Of a stretch of DNA of 64,000 nt, positions 54,762 through 63,493 are shown piece by piece. Position 1 is the first letter of the stretch, and each line of letters begins with the position of its first letter. The stretch comes from a virus. Lineage: Duplodnaviria; Heunggongvirae; Uroviricota; Caudoviricetes. A model generated the notes under the pieces. It ran no database searches, was not told the DNA's origin, and saw only the letters and a program-made list of their open reading frames with translations. The translations under genes were made by a program, and so were the position numbers. The DNA lies in the IMG/VR virus record IMGVR_UViG_3300033121_001080, positions 17,520-81,519 of that record, one strand, 5' to 3'.

Positions 54762-55190
54762 TTATAACCCGTCATGCAGCAATCCTAACCTCAAGTATAT
54801 CCATGCGTTAATTAAAAATAGTGATATAAAAATATATACATGTTCTTGACAGGGAGGATTATCGTCACAACCAAATGTAACTAAAACAAAGAATAAAATC
54901 CAAGAAATGGCCATTAAAAATGACATGAGCCGTCTATATTTAATTTTAGTACTGTACCATGCTGAAAATTGAAGCACACTAGCCACAGCAAACGCCAGTC
55001 CAATTGTGACAGCGGGCACATACCATGTATCCATTGTATAATTATATGGGACTATTACATTAGTGATTAATATATTAATTCCAATACACATTGATATTAA
55101 TGTACTAAAGATCTCCACCATGGTTGGCGAACATGTAAATATTTCTTTAAATCTATTGTGACTGTACAACAAATGTACAAATTCTGACAT
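54762..55190 (-). CDS. polytopic membrane protein
   Basis: 142 aa with four predicted TM helices. Confidence 0.5.
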   Translation of the reverse strand: MSEFVHLLYSHNRFKEIFTCSPTMVEIFSTLISMCIGINILITNVIVPYNYTMDTWYVPAVTIGLAFAVASVLQFSAWYSTKIKYRRLMSFLMAISWILFFVLVTFGCDDNPPCQEHVYIFISLFLINAWIYLRLGLLHDGL

Positions 55191-55242
55191 TTACACACCC
55201 TCAAAGGGAAACTTACTTGTATAAATATCAATAATTTTTACA

Positions 55243-55605
55243 TTAGTCTAGTATTTCTATATCAATTAAACTGACCAAAAAACCAGACTGATAAACATCA
55301 ACTAGTCGAATATCGTCTAGCGTAGATTGATCTGGTAATGCTATGAAAAACAATGTTACTTTGGTAGAATCATCTGTAAAATGACCCAATATCTGTTTGG
55401 GGTAAAAAATCCATGGTTCTTTTATTTCAATTAATGAATTCTCAACAACATCAGCATCGGAAATAGAAGTTTGATAATCTGGAGTAAAAATGACTATCTT
55501 TTCCATGGTTGCGCCAAATGGTGAATCGGGAAGTTTGGCTGGTAATAGTGCAGCTTTTTCCTTAATCGCTAGTTTTTTGGCGTTTTTAATATCTTCAATA
55601 TTCAT
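55243..55605 (-). CDS. hypothetical protein
   Basis: 120 aa. Confidence 0.45.
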   Translation of the reverse strand: MNIEDIKNAKKLAIKEKAALLPAKLPDSPFGATMEKIVIFTPDYQTSISDADVVENSLIEIKEPWIFYPKQILGHFTDDSTKVTLFFIALPDQSTLDDIRLVDVYQSGFLVSLIDIEILD

Positions 55606-55606
55606 A

Positions 55607-56071
55607 TTATTTCCTATCGTCTAGAACTTTCTTAGTGTGTTTGCAACCGCGTGTAATTCCACCCTGATATTTCCATGCAGGACAATTACACGACAGAGAA
55701 CCGTCCTTGTAAGTCAATACTTCATATTGAGTTTTTCCTTTACTGGATTCAACCATTGTCGTATATGCAATTTCTCCGTGACCAGAAATATATTCACCTT
55801 CGCGTGAATCTACTTCGTATACATCTTGTTCTAGACAAATGAACCCATTAATATCTTTGTTCCAATCTGGTTTGTCAATTAGTGCAACAAACCACGATCC
55901 ATCCGGACGCACTAAATATTGGGTATCATTAAATACCCATTCATGTGTCGTTTTAACACCTTTACCAACACCAGCAAAATAATTTTGGTAGCTATGATAT
56001 ACTGCTTTAGAATTAGTTGGAATTACAGTTGAACCAATTTTAATTCCGAATGTACCTTTAATTTTGTTCAT
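55607..56071 (-). CDS. hypothetical protein
   Basis: 154 aa. C-terminal CNCPAWKYQGGITRGCKH. Confidence 0.45.
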   Translation of the reverse strand: MNKIKGTFGIKIGSTVIPTNSKAVYHSYQNYFAGVGKGVKTTHEWVFNDTQYLVRPDGSWFVALIDKPDWNKDINGFICLEQDVYEVDSREGEYISGHGEIAYTTMVESSKGKTQYEVLTYKDGSLSCNCPAWKYQGGITRGCKHTKKVLDDRK

Positions 56072-56337
56072 AATATTACTATAACATCCTTTGTTTGGAC
56101 AACGAATCCTCGTTCGCCGTCATATTCGTTACTTTGATCGTGTAGCATAACCCATATAATATTTTGTTTACGAAATTCACTTTCTGAATTAATACGCTGG
56201 GAATCCAAAGTCCAATCAACATTAGTAATTCTTTTGTCTGCTGGGAATATATCACACAATTCCTCCCACGACCTAACTTCATCATTACCCCACCGCTCAA
56301 ATACAACAGTACCAGCCGGGATCATAAGTTTACTCAT
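56068..56337 (-). CDS. hypothetical protein
   Basis: 89 aa. Confidence 0.4.
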   Translation of the reverse strand: MSKLMIPAGTVVFERWGNDEVRSWEELCDIFPADKRITNVDWTLDSQRINSESEFRKQNIIWVMLHDQSNEYDGERGFVVQTKDVIVIL

Positions 56338-56657
56338 ACTCTCATATAATGGGTAAAAGGTCCATAATGACCAACCGCTCTAACAGAATCATCTGTTACG
56401 GGTCTGCCGAATTTATCGCTCCAATCCCATTTTGCATGATTTTCGATGTTGCCGAAGTACCATTTAAGATTTGGAGCCTGCGCTGATTTCTTTCCATAGA
56501 TAGATCCATCACCAGTATCAACGAAGTAACGTACTTCATTATTGATCAACACTCGTACATATCGCCGTCCAATTTGATAATGTACGTGATTCTTTTCCTG
56601 TTGATCGGTAAAGATCTGTTTGGTAAATGCCGTCAGCAATTCATTTGAATATGTCAT
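56334..56657 (-). CDS. hypothetical protein
   Basis: 107 aa. Confidence 0.45.
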   Translation of the reverse strand: MTYSNELLTAFTKQIFTDQQEKNHVHYQIGRRYVRVLINNEVRYFVDTGDGSIYGKKSAQAPNLKWYFGNIENHAKWDWSDKFGRPVTDDSVRAVGHYGPFTHYMRV

Positions 56658-56701
56658 GTTAGGTCCATTCAGTTCTGTTCAATGTAACACATTGGATTTT
56701 G

Positions 56702-57073
56702 TTAGTCAATAGGTACATAAAAAGTTTTAGATATAAAAAATGTTGGAACAGGAATCTCCGTTTTAATAAGTACATTATCTATATCCTTCAGAGATACAGT
56801 AGACACCCAAGAAAATCTAGCTGGATCTTCCAAATCTATTAACTCTGCCAATTTACTATTTATATTCAAGATATGATCATCAGTAAAATACCATGTCGAA
56901 AATAGAGATCGATATATATCCAGTCGAATTTGTGCAGACCATTTGAGTCCCCAAGAATTTTCATATTTTTTTGGGTCTAGTATGTTGTATGGTCGTATAC
57001 TAGTGCTGACGAAGTCCGGATTCCACAGACATGGATATACTATCGCGCCAGCGATTGTTTTAAATGTTTTCAT
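56702..57073 (-). CDS. tandem paralog family member 1 (most divergent)
   Basis: 123 aa. AIVYPCLWNPDF...WYFTDDHILNINSKLAELIDLE shares the N-terminal xxYPxx and central (F/W)YF(D/T)(E/D) blocks of the array. Confidence 0.5.
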   Translation of the reverse strand: MKTFKTIAGAIVYPCLWNPDFVSTSIRPYNILDPKKYENSWGLKWSAQIRLDIYRSLFSTWYFTDDHILNINSKLAELIDLEDPARFSWVSTVSLKDIDNVLIKTEIPVPTFFISKTFYVPID

Positions 57074-57408
57074 ATTTTAACTTCCTCTATATCCTGTATA
57101 CTAACCATACAACCAAGCTGCTCTTCAGTATTCAATATAAGTAACGTATCTTCAGTTGATAGCGATAGATGGAGCTGTCCCGATGGTCCCGAAGCAGGCA
57201 CATGTATTAGATCATGAGTAATAATTTGGGACTCATCAAAATAAAATACTTCTGTACATATTTTTAAGCAATCAAGATAATCAGAAGCATATGTTTGAAA
57301 ATCAACATTAAATAACGATATAGTATATCGCGCAACAAACAAAACAGGATCAATTCCTATTGCATATTTGAACGGATACACAGTAGAGTCTTTTTTAATC
57401 AATTTCAT
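57070..57408 (-). CDS. tandem paralog family member 2
   Basis: About 112 aa. TVYPFKYAIGIDP...EVFYFDESQIITHDLIHV. Confidence 0.5.
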   Translation of the reverse strand: MKLIKKDSTVYPFKYAIGIDPVLFVARYTISLFNVDFQTYASDYLDCLKICTEVFYFDESQIITHDLIHVPASGPSGQLHLSLSTEDTLLILNTEEQLGCMVSIQDIEEVKI

Positions 57409-57751
57409 GATATGATTCTTTACTGCAAATAAAACCAAAATACGAACAGTGTGTTTCGGGAATCTTTTCTAGTTTAACGACTGTAATATCATGTTCTCTC
57501 CACCAAAAAGTATTCTTTTTTGAATTCTGAAAAATATTTTCTGGAGTAATAATATCTTCTTCCGAAAAATAAAATTCTATCTTTGGATAATAAACATGTG
57601 CAACCATTAGTTTATCACGCGACGGAATCGGCGTATGGAAATTAATGACGGACCATGTCGGATCATATAGAGTAGCAGCATATGTGCCACCATTGCGACT
57701 TCCCTGCAAGATGCAAGGAACGATACTAACATTGGGTCGAAGTTCGTACAT
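57395..57751 (-). CDS. tandem paralog family member 3
   Basis: 118 aa. IEFYFSEEDIITPENI...WWREHDITVVKLEKIPE...YFGFICS. Confidence 0.55.
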   Translation of the reverse strand: MYELRPNVSIVPCILQGSRNGGTYAATLYDPTWSVINFHTPIPSRDKLMVAHVYYPKIEFYFSEEDIITPENIFQNSKKNTFWWREHDITVVKLEKIPETHCSYFGFICSKESYHEID

Positions 57752-58152
57752 TATATAATCTCTTTCGTGTCGTCGATATTTTGAAATGAAACTATAAAAC
57801 CGTAATACACTGGAAAGTTTGTGTTCACTTTTGTATCGGCTCTATATTCTAATTTTACAACTTCATAATTTCCCTTCCGATACCATGCCAAATATTCATT
57901 CGATTCTTGATCAATTAAATTCAGTGGTATAAAATTAGATTCGTCAAAATAAAACTCATCTGATACATAATAATGATACGCATCATTTATATCACTGGTC
58001 ATCTCTATAAATGCAACTGCTATATTTCCTACCATATCTTCATACGGCTTCTCCGGAGTATATGTCCAAATACAATACGTTCCATTTCTTGTATTTTCAC
58101 ATATAATAATCGGATATATACGAACGCCTTTATTAATGAATAACATTTTCAA
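57751..58152 (-). CDS. tandem paralog family member 4
   Basis: 133 aa. RIYPIIICEN...EFYFDESNFIPLNLID...WYRKGNYEVVKLEYR...YYGFIVSF. Confidence 0.55.
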   Translation of the reverse strand: MKMLFINKGVRIYPIIICENTRNGTYCIWTYTPEKPYEDMVGNIAVAFIEMTSDINDAYHYYVSDEFYFDESNFIPLNLIDQESNEYLAWYRKGNYEVVKLEYRADTKVNTNFPVYYGFIVSFQNIDDTKEII

Positions 58153-58545
58153 TTATCTCACCTCTATATCCGAGAATTTTGCTAAAAATCCTAAGTACTG
58201 TCGTCCATTTGGTAGTTTCTCCAATCGTACAGCAAACCTATTTGATCTCCACCAATCCCCCTTCTGATCATTATCAGTTCTTAACACAAATACTCCCATA
58301 ATATGCACTTGATCTTTTATAAGATCAATACAAAAATCTTCTCTTACTACAAATTCAAAAATACAGGCAGTTTGTTCAAGCTGCGGCATAAAAAATTTCA
58401 TTCTAACATAATCGGGCTGCCTATAAACATCTATATTTTCTAGATCAAATAAACCAATTTTATACGTACCATCATCTTGTAATTCCATTATGATAGGATG
58501 TATAATCGCACCGGCAATTAAGTATTGTTTTCTTATAATGTTCAT
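58153..58545 (-). CDS. tandem paralog family member 5
   Basis: 130 aa. IIHPIIMELQDDGTYKIGLFDLE...WWRSNRFAVRLEKLPNG...YLGFLAKFSDIE. Confidence 0.55.
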   Translation of the reverse strand: MNIIRKQYLIAGAIIHPIIMELQDDGTYKIGLFDLENIDVYRQPDYVRMKFFMPQLEQTACIFEFVVREDFCIDLIKDQVHIMGVFVLRTDNDQKGDWWRSNRFAVRLEKLPNGRQYLGFLAKFSDIEVR

Positions 58546-58550
58546 AATAA

Positions 58551-58973
58551 TTAAAAAACTACTTCATGGCATATATCCAAATATTCCATAATAAACCCGT
58601 AATATTGAGTACCAACTTCATCAATACGAGTCTCGTCAGTTTTATGTAATCGTATAACAAGATATCTTATATTATCGCACCACCAAACCGTCGATCTATC
58701 AACGCTGTGACATTTAATATCATCAACATCAACACGACAACATAAATTTGGTAGGCTATCAATATAAAATTTTTTTTCGACAATAAAAGCATGACAATAT
58801 TCATCTTGTTGATCATCGGGTGACCTACCAAGACTATACCATTGAGAAAAATAGCCGTTTTTATATTGAAATGACGCCATAGTATACGCATACCCAGAGA
58901 GCTTATGTGATCTCTCTAATATAACAGGCCAAATTTTTATACCTCGCGGTACGTAACAGTTAGTAACATTCAT
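58551..58973 (-). CDS. tandem paralog family member 6
   Basis: 140 aa. IKIWPVILERS...KKFYIDSLPNL...WWCDNIRYLVIRLHK...YYGFIMEYLDI. Confidence 0.55.
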   Translation of the reverse strand: MNVTNCYVPRGIKIWPVILERSHKLSGYAYTMASFQYKNGYFSQWYSLGRSPDDQQDEYCHAFIVEKKFYIDSLPNLCCRVDVDDIKCHSVDRSTVWWCDNIRYLVIRLHKTDETRIDEVGTQYYGFIMEYLDICHEVVF

Positions 58974-58983
58974 AATTAATAAT

Positions 58984-59376
58984 CTAAAAGTCGTTTAAGT
59001 CTGCTTCGATAATATCTGTATTTTTAGCAAGAAATCCAAAATAATGTTTTGTACTGCCGGGCACTAAATCCAATCGTACAGCCGAATATATACTGGAATC
59101 AGCCCACCAAACAACGCCAACGTCTGGATGATAATTTCCGGTCAAATTAACAAGATCAATGATATCAGCACTGTTAAAGTAAAACGGAGCCTTAACAGTT
59201 ACCAAATATTCAGGAAACTTATATATTGGCATATATGGTGCCGGAGCAGCTATTATAGTCTCGTTAGTTTCACTGATCGGGTCAAATATACCAATCTTGT
59301 ACGTGAAATTATTATCCCGTAATTTCATTACGAGTGGATATACTTCCGCACCGCTGTCTACATAAAGATCAGTCAT
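58984..59376 (-). CDS. tandem paralog family member 7
   Basis: About 131 aa from MTDLYV.... EVYPLVMKLRDNNFTYKIGIFDP...FYFNSADIIDL...VWWADSSIYSAVRLDLVPG...YFGFLAKNTDI. Confidence 0.55.
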   Translation of the reverse strand: MTDLYVDSGAEVYPLVMKLRDNNFTYKIGIFDPISETNETIIAAPAPYMPIYKFPEYLVTVKAPFYFNSADIIDLVNLTGNYHPDVGVVWWADSSIYSAVRLDLVPGSTKHYFGFLAKNTDIIEADLNDF

Positions 59377-59773
59377 ATCCCTCCTCGGTAATAATATATT
59401 TGTTTTTAACAAAAAACCCATAATACAGATGATTTGCCATTTCTACTTTGTGCAATTTAACAGCCGTATATATACTAGGATCATTCCACCACATATCAAT
59501 CTCACTCGGATCATGATTTCCAATTAACAATCCCAGCGGCACAGTATCATCACTAGTAAAATAAAATTTTTCTGTGGCTTTAACTTTAGTAACAAGTCCT
59601 ACGTATCTTGAAATATATGGTAAATCAGTCTTATTTGGATCATCATTATACAATATCTCATGAATAGGAAATGACGGATTCAACGATCCAATTTTATATT
59701 CAAATGAATTATTCAACACTTTAAATATAAGTGGATAGATACTTGTATTTTTGAGTATATAGAATTGCGTCAT
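59369..59773 (-). CDS. tandem paralog family member 8
   Basis: 134 aa. SIYPLIFKVLNNSFEYKIGSLNP...FYFTSDDTVPL...MWWNDPSIYTAVKLHKVE...YYGFFVKNKYI. Confidence 0.55.
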   Translation of the reverse strand: MTQFYILKNTSIYPLIFKVLNNSFEYKIGSLNPSFPIHEILYNDDPNKTDLPYISRYVGLVTKVKATEKFYFTSDDTVPLGLLIGNHDPSEIDMWWNDPSIYTAVKLHKVEMANHLYYGFFVKNKYIITEEGYD

Positions 59774-60168
59774 AAACTCATCACTTTAATCAAATATTTC
59801 TGATCAACAAGAAATCCATAATTAAGATACTTAAACCCCAAATTTAATTTTAAATTAACAGCTACATATAATGTTGGATTATACCACCACGCATCAATTT
59901 TAGTGGGATCATAATTTCCAACTAACTGATCCAATAGTACTATATTATCTTCATGAAAATAAAACGGTTTTTCTATTGTAACCTTAACAGAACTCACCTC
60001 ATATAGCGGCATATATGGCCAGCCGTCATCCATATTAGTATCCTGTTTCGGTCCAAATGATTCTATTTTCGGATCAAACGAACCAATCTTGTATTTAAAA
60101 TATTTAAAATTAGATAACGTCTTAAATACAAGCGGATATATTTCCGAATGTGCAAGTATACAAAGCAT
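59770..60168 (-). CDS. tandem paralog family member 9
   Basis: About 132 aa from MLCILAHS..., preceded by a GAGGAG RBS. EIYPLVFKTLSNFKYFKYKIGSFDP...FYFHEDNIVLL...AWWYNPTLYVAVNLKLNLG...NYGFLVDQKYL. Confidence 0.55.
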   Translation of the reverse strand: MLCILAHSEIYPLVFKTLSNFKYFKYKIGSFDPKIESFGPKQDTNMDDGWPYMPLYEVSSVKVTIEKPFYFHEDNIVLLDQLVGNYDPTKIDAWWYNPTLYVAVNLKLNLGFKYLNYGFLVDQKYLIKVMSL

Positions 60169-60629
60169 AACTCTCCTCGTTCTAATCAATGTAACAAAGT
60201 TGTATTGATTACGCAAGACCCAATTTACTTTTTTTCCGAAATTTTTTGAAATACCCACCGAAAACATCAAAATCTCTACCATATAATTACTGTTTAATTG
60301 TAAAGATATTCTAGCAGAATTTACCTATCCCATGCAAGCTCGTGGACTAGGCCGGAGTCCCATTGACACGGCAACTTTTTCCTAGTCACTATTAATTATC
60401 GGCCCTTTTTGCCGCGTCATTATGACACGGTTTAAATGGCACGAGCTTTGCAACATCGCAAATCCTGTGCCAAGCGGCGTGGCATAAGATTTGCTCTAGA
60501 GCACGTCGAGGCTATAGAAGTATGAAGAAAGTTTATCAATATTGGGTATTGACCTTCCCTCTCCCCTGTTGTATTATACTCTCGCCTGAAGTGAACGGGC
60601 CAAGTAAGAACCAAAGCAAGTGAGGATGT

Positions 60630-60845
60630 ATGAAGCTCGATTCCGCCACCACGACGCTGAACGTTTCCGAGGTTGACGCGGGCTCGCTGGAAGTGGTGAA
60701 GGTTCAGGAAGTGATGAAGGAAGGTCAGTGGGCGAAGTATGTTGTGCGGTTCACGGTGGACGGTGTGGAGATGGAAGGCACTCAGCAGGGGTGGCAGCAG
60801 GCCGATAGCTGGGACGATCAGATCACCGATTGCTGGACGGCCTGA
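60630..60845 (+). CDS. small GC-rich hypothetical protein (paralog of 61169..61546 N-terminus)
   Basis: 71 aa. LEVVKVQEVMKEGQWAKYVVRFTVDGVEMEGTQQGW. RBS GAGG. Followed by a strong terminator. Confidence 0.55.
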   Translation: MKLDSATTTLNVSEVDAGSLEVVKVQEVMKEGQWAKYVVRFTVDGVEMEGTQQGWQQADSWDDQITDCWTA

Positions 60846-60864
60846 CCGCTCCCCGCAAAATTCA

Positions 60865-60897
60865 AGCCAGAGGCTAACCCCTCTGGCTTTTTTGTGT
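60865..60897 (+). terminator. rho-independent terminator (plus strand)
   Basis: AGCCAGAGG-ctaacc-CCTCTGGCT followed by TTTTTTGTGTT. Confidence 0.75.
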
Positions 60898-61168
60898 TGC
60901 TACTTGGGCCGTGTCATTTTGACACACCGATGACAGTTTGTATCTTTTCCACATGGCATGAATAATGCTCTAAACTTTTTTTTGCAAATGTTGTGCCACA
61001 CTTGCCTATTTGGTTAAAGCACGCGCCATGGCATGACATTTGCGGAATCTGCAATAATTGTACCATGGAATTATGAAGAAAGTTTATATTGACTATTCTA
61101 TTGTGTTGTTGTATTATTGTCTTGCGCGAAGTAAGCGCCACGACAACCCCGCAGCAAGCGAGAATCCT

Positions 61169-61546
61169 ATGCTTAACCTGACTGGCATTCCCTCAGAGGT
61201 TGCGCTGGCCGAAGTGACTGAGTTTGACCGGGGGGAAGTGCTGGAAGTGCTTGAGGCCGGACAGTGGTATGCCTATGAATGCACCTTCCGCTATGGTGAT
61301 GTGGTGTGCAGCGGAACCATTCAAGGCGAGGGGCGGAACGGTGAGTATAACGATATTATCACCGATGTTACTCCCCTTCCCCGCAATGAGCAGGACCGGC
61401 ATGTGCCGGAATTGGATTGTGTGTTGGCGTACAGCGATAACTACGAGCGTCATCTGTGCCAGTTTGACGGTTCGTTGTACGTTGTCGAGATGCGCCGCAA
61501 CCATGGTGACAAGCACTTTAATGTCGTCAGCGGTTGGGCGCTCTAA
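61169..61546 (+). CDS. GC-rich hypothetical protein (paralog of 60630..60845 with extra C-terminal domain)
   Basis: 125 aa from MLNLTG.... VLEVLEAGQWYAYECTFRYGDVVCSGTIQGEG. The in-frame upstream MKKVYIDYSIVLLYYCLA... leader (from 61073) could instead be part of the protein. Confidence 0.5.
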   Translation: MLNLTGIPSEVALAEVTEFDRGEVLEVLEAGQWYAYECTFRYGDVVCSGTIQGEGRNGEYNDIITDVTPLPRNEQDRHVPELDCVLAYSDNYERHLCQFDGSLYVVEMRRNHGDKHFNVVSGWAL

Positions 61547-61605
61547 CCACTAGACAGGGGAGGGGAATCGCCCCTCCCCACTTGACGTTAGCTTGAGGTG
61601 TCAAA

Positions 61606-61866
61606 ATGTCTCGCTCTTGGAATCCCGACACGCTGGAATTCTCCCGTCCCTGTCCTCATTGCTCCACTGAGGTGACTCACACCGTTTCTTATTCCCCCAC
61701 TTGGGATGACAACGGTGTCGGTGCCGAGGATGTAGAGTGCAGCGTGGATACCTGCGAGGAATGCGGCAAGGAATGCACTCTCCCCACCGAACAGGCGCAG
61801 GAACTTGCCGACAAGGAAGTGCAAGGCGCCGCAGAATTTCGTCGGGATTGGCGGAATCAATACTGA
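61606..61866 (+). CDS. small Zn-ribbon protein
   Basis: 86 aa. CPHCSTE...C-x-VDTCEECGKEC. RBS GAGGTG. A terminator hairpin follows at 61886-61920. Confidence 0.55.
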   Translation: MSRSWNPDTLEFSRPCPHCSTEVTHTVSYSPTWDDNGVGAEDVECSVDTCEECGKECTLPTEQAQELADKEVQGAAEFRRDWRNQY

Positions 61867-61885
61867 CAGCCGAAGAAAGCAAGAA

Positions 61886-61920
61886 CCGGGCCAGAACATC
61901 GGCCCGGTTTTCTTTGTATG
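61886..61920 (+). terminator. rho-independent terminator (plus strand)
   Basis: CCGGGCC-agaacatc-GGCCCGG followed by TTTTCTTTGTATG. Confidence 0.65.
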
Positions 61921-61997
61921 TCTGTGGTATTCATGAAGTTACCTTGGACTCTATTGGTTAGAATAGAATCCAAGGTATTGTATTGTGTGCGGTACTA

Positions 61998-62309
61998 TCA
62001 CCGCTGCATGGTGCCTTCCAGATCGTTGCGCCGTTCCTCGCGTTCAGCCTCTCGTGCCATCTTGAGGCACAGACGGAAACGCTTCCGATCCCCCTTTGGA
62101 GTAAGCGGGAAAAAATACGCTACGCTCTTGGCAGGCCGATACTTGTCAAGTCTCACACTCGCATCGAGTGAGAAATCATTGTACCCGATTTCAAAACACA
62201 GACCACCGTTGAAACGTTTGGTGCCATATCGGTTATGTTTGCTTTTTCCGATCTGCTCGCCATCTTCGATTTTCTTGGCAACGGACATCCAGAAATCAGA
62301 TTCCTTCAT
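61998..62309 (-). CDS. hypothetical protein
   Basis: 103 aa. Last gene of a three-gene minus-strand operon. AGGTAAC RBS. Confidence 0.5.
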   Translation of the reverse strand: MKESDFWMSVAKKIEDGEQIGKSKHNRYGTKRFNGGLCFEIGYNDFSLDASVRLDKYRPAKSVAYFFPLTPKGDRKRFRLCLKMAREAEREERRNDLEGTMQR

Positions 62310-62318
62310 GATAGTTAC

Positions 62319-62495
62319 CTGTCCCCCACAATATAGCGGTTGAAGTAGTCGAGTGAACCCTCGTTGCCAATAGCATTGAGGGAATTGATATCAGCCTGAG
62401 ACAAATCGGACGGAATGGGATCAGCAGCAAGGCATTTCTCACATGTCTTGAAGTTTTCGTACACAGGCTGACCGCACTTGCAAAGCTTTGCCACT
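62319..62495 (-). CDS. small Zn-ribbon protein (59 aa)
   Basis: MAKLCKCGQPVYENFKTCEKCLAAD.... Found by manual translation, below the ORF-track cutoff. Confidence 0.4.
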
Positions 62496-62503
62496 GTGTT
62501 CTC

Positions 62504-62686
62504 CTAGCGTGAGTATTTACGAATATACGCCCAAAGCTTCTCCGGGTCAACCCCCAACACGTAGACTCCCACCTCGCACGATTCCACTACCAGATCGTCG
62601 GCTAGCATCTTTCGTGCCAGAATGGGGTCCACCGACAGAACTTCATACTTTGGTGCGTATCGAACAATCACCTTTGCTGCTGCCAT
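62504..62686 (-). CDS. small hypothetical protein
   Basis: 60 aa. First gene of the minus-strand operon. Confidence 0.45.
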   Translation of the reverse strand: MAAAKVIVRYAPKYEVLSVDPILARKMLADDLVVESCEVGVYVLGVDPEKLWAYIRKYSR

Positions 62687-62834
62687 ACAATGCCTCTTGA
62701 GTGAAGTGGAGCCTCTTTAGCTCTAATCGGAGTGGTCAGAAGCCACCGGTAAAACCCGGCGAAAGAACTCTTTTCTAACAATGCCTAGGCATTCGTCATA
62801 TCTGGCTTGCAGACACTCTCCACATGCTGAATAC

Positions 62835-62863
62835 AACCTAACAGCCTCGATTGCGCCTGTCAA
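62835..62863 (-). promoter_or_regulatory. sigma70-like promoter (minus strand) TTGACA-N17-TAGGTT
   Basis: Reverse complement reads TTGACAggcgcaatcgaggctgtTAGGTT. Divergent from the plus-strand promoter at 62911. Confidence 0.45.
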
Positions 62864-62910
62864 GTGAAAGTTTCTTCATAATCAATGATTGTAACAATTA
62901 GGTAACATAC

Positions 62911-62938
62911 TTGACTTTCGGTGGGAATGATGTAGATT
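62911..62938 (+). promoter_or_regulatory. sigma70-like promoter (plus strand) TTGACT-N16-TAGATT
   Basis: ttgactttcggtgggaatgatgtagatt, 25 bp upstream of the ATG at 62964. Confidence 0.55.
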
Positions 62939-62963
62939 AGAGGTAACTCAAACGGAGTAGTAT

Positions 62964-63236
62964 ATGGCCGATTTCTGTAATTCACTCATGGATGACCGCA
63001 GCCGACTCGAACAGGAAAACGAGGCGCTGCGTCAGGAGATTGCCGATCTCAGGCGTTCCATCGTGGACCTTGCTGTGGGGTCCGTCATGGACATGGGCAA
63101 CAGCGAATGTCTACGTGTCCAGATTGCCACGCTGACCCGTGAACGTGACGAGGCCAGAGCCGCTCTTGCCAATAACCCACATGGATGTTATTATCAGGAG
63201 CATCGTTGCATCTTCTGTGGAAAGGCTGACGAATAA
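62964..63236 (+). CDS. coiled-coil protein with C-terminal CxxC
   Basis: 90 aa. RLEQENEALRQEIADLRRSIVDL...CIFCGK. RBS GGAG. Confidence 0.55.
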   Translation: MADFCNSLMDDRSRLEQENEALRQEIADLRRSIVDLAVGSVMDMGNSECLRVQIATLTRERDEARAALANNPHGCYYQEHRCIFCGKADE

Positions 63237-63493
63237 TGTACAATTCAATGGATACCGCTCCCAGAGACGGTACATGCGTATTGCTCAATCGCAATCCTCC
63301 TCCCGAAGTTCTTGCAAAGATTAGACTTGGAGAGGTTCCGCCTGTGATTGGTTATTGGGGATGCCCAAACCAATTGAACGTGAGCAAGCCAAGATGGAGA
63401 TACGCACATGATTCCACGGTAATTAGCAGCGAGCGTTTCATATATGGGTGGCTTCCGCTTCCGAAACCATTCAAGCATCACACAGCACCATGA
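63236..63493 (+). CDS. hypothetical protein
   Basis: 85 aa. Start overlaps the upstream stop (TAATG). Pro-rich. Confidence 0.5.
   Translation: MYNSMDTAPRDGTCVLLNRNPPPEVLAKIRLGEVPPVIGYWGCPNQLNVSKPRWRYAHDSTVISSERFIYGWLPLPKPFKHHTAP

Noticed and set aside
60300-60630. Possible phage-host junction or att site at the GC jump
   Set aside because: No integrase, no tRNA-overlap attachment core and no direct repeat is visible. The backbone-type TTGACA promoters continue into the GC-rich part, so the region is treated as an acquired moron block, pending read-level checks for mis-assembly.
61557-61579. GGGGAGGGG-aatcg-CCCCTCCCC hairpin after 61546 as a terminator
   Set aside because: Perfect 9-bp GC hairpin but no downstream U-run on either strand. 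It may be an RNA-stability element or a factor-dependent site, and is not called as an intrinsic terminator.
62131-62137. TTGACA motif inside CDS 61998-62309 as an internal promoter
   Set aside because: No acceptable -10 at 16-18 bp. Likely a coincidental occurrence, as at 40366.
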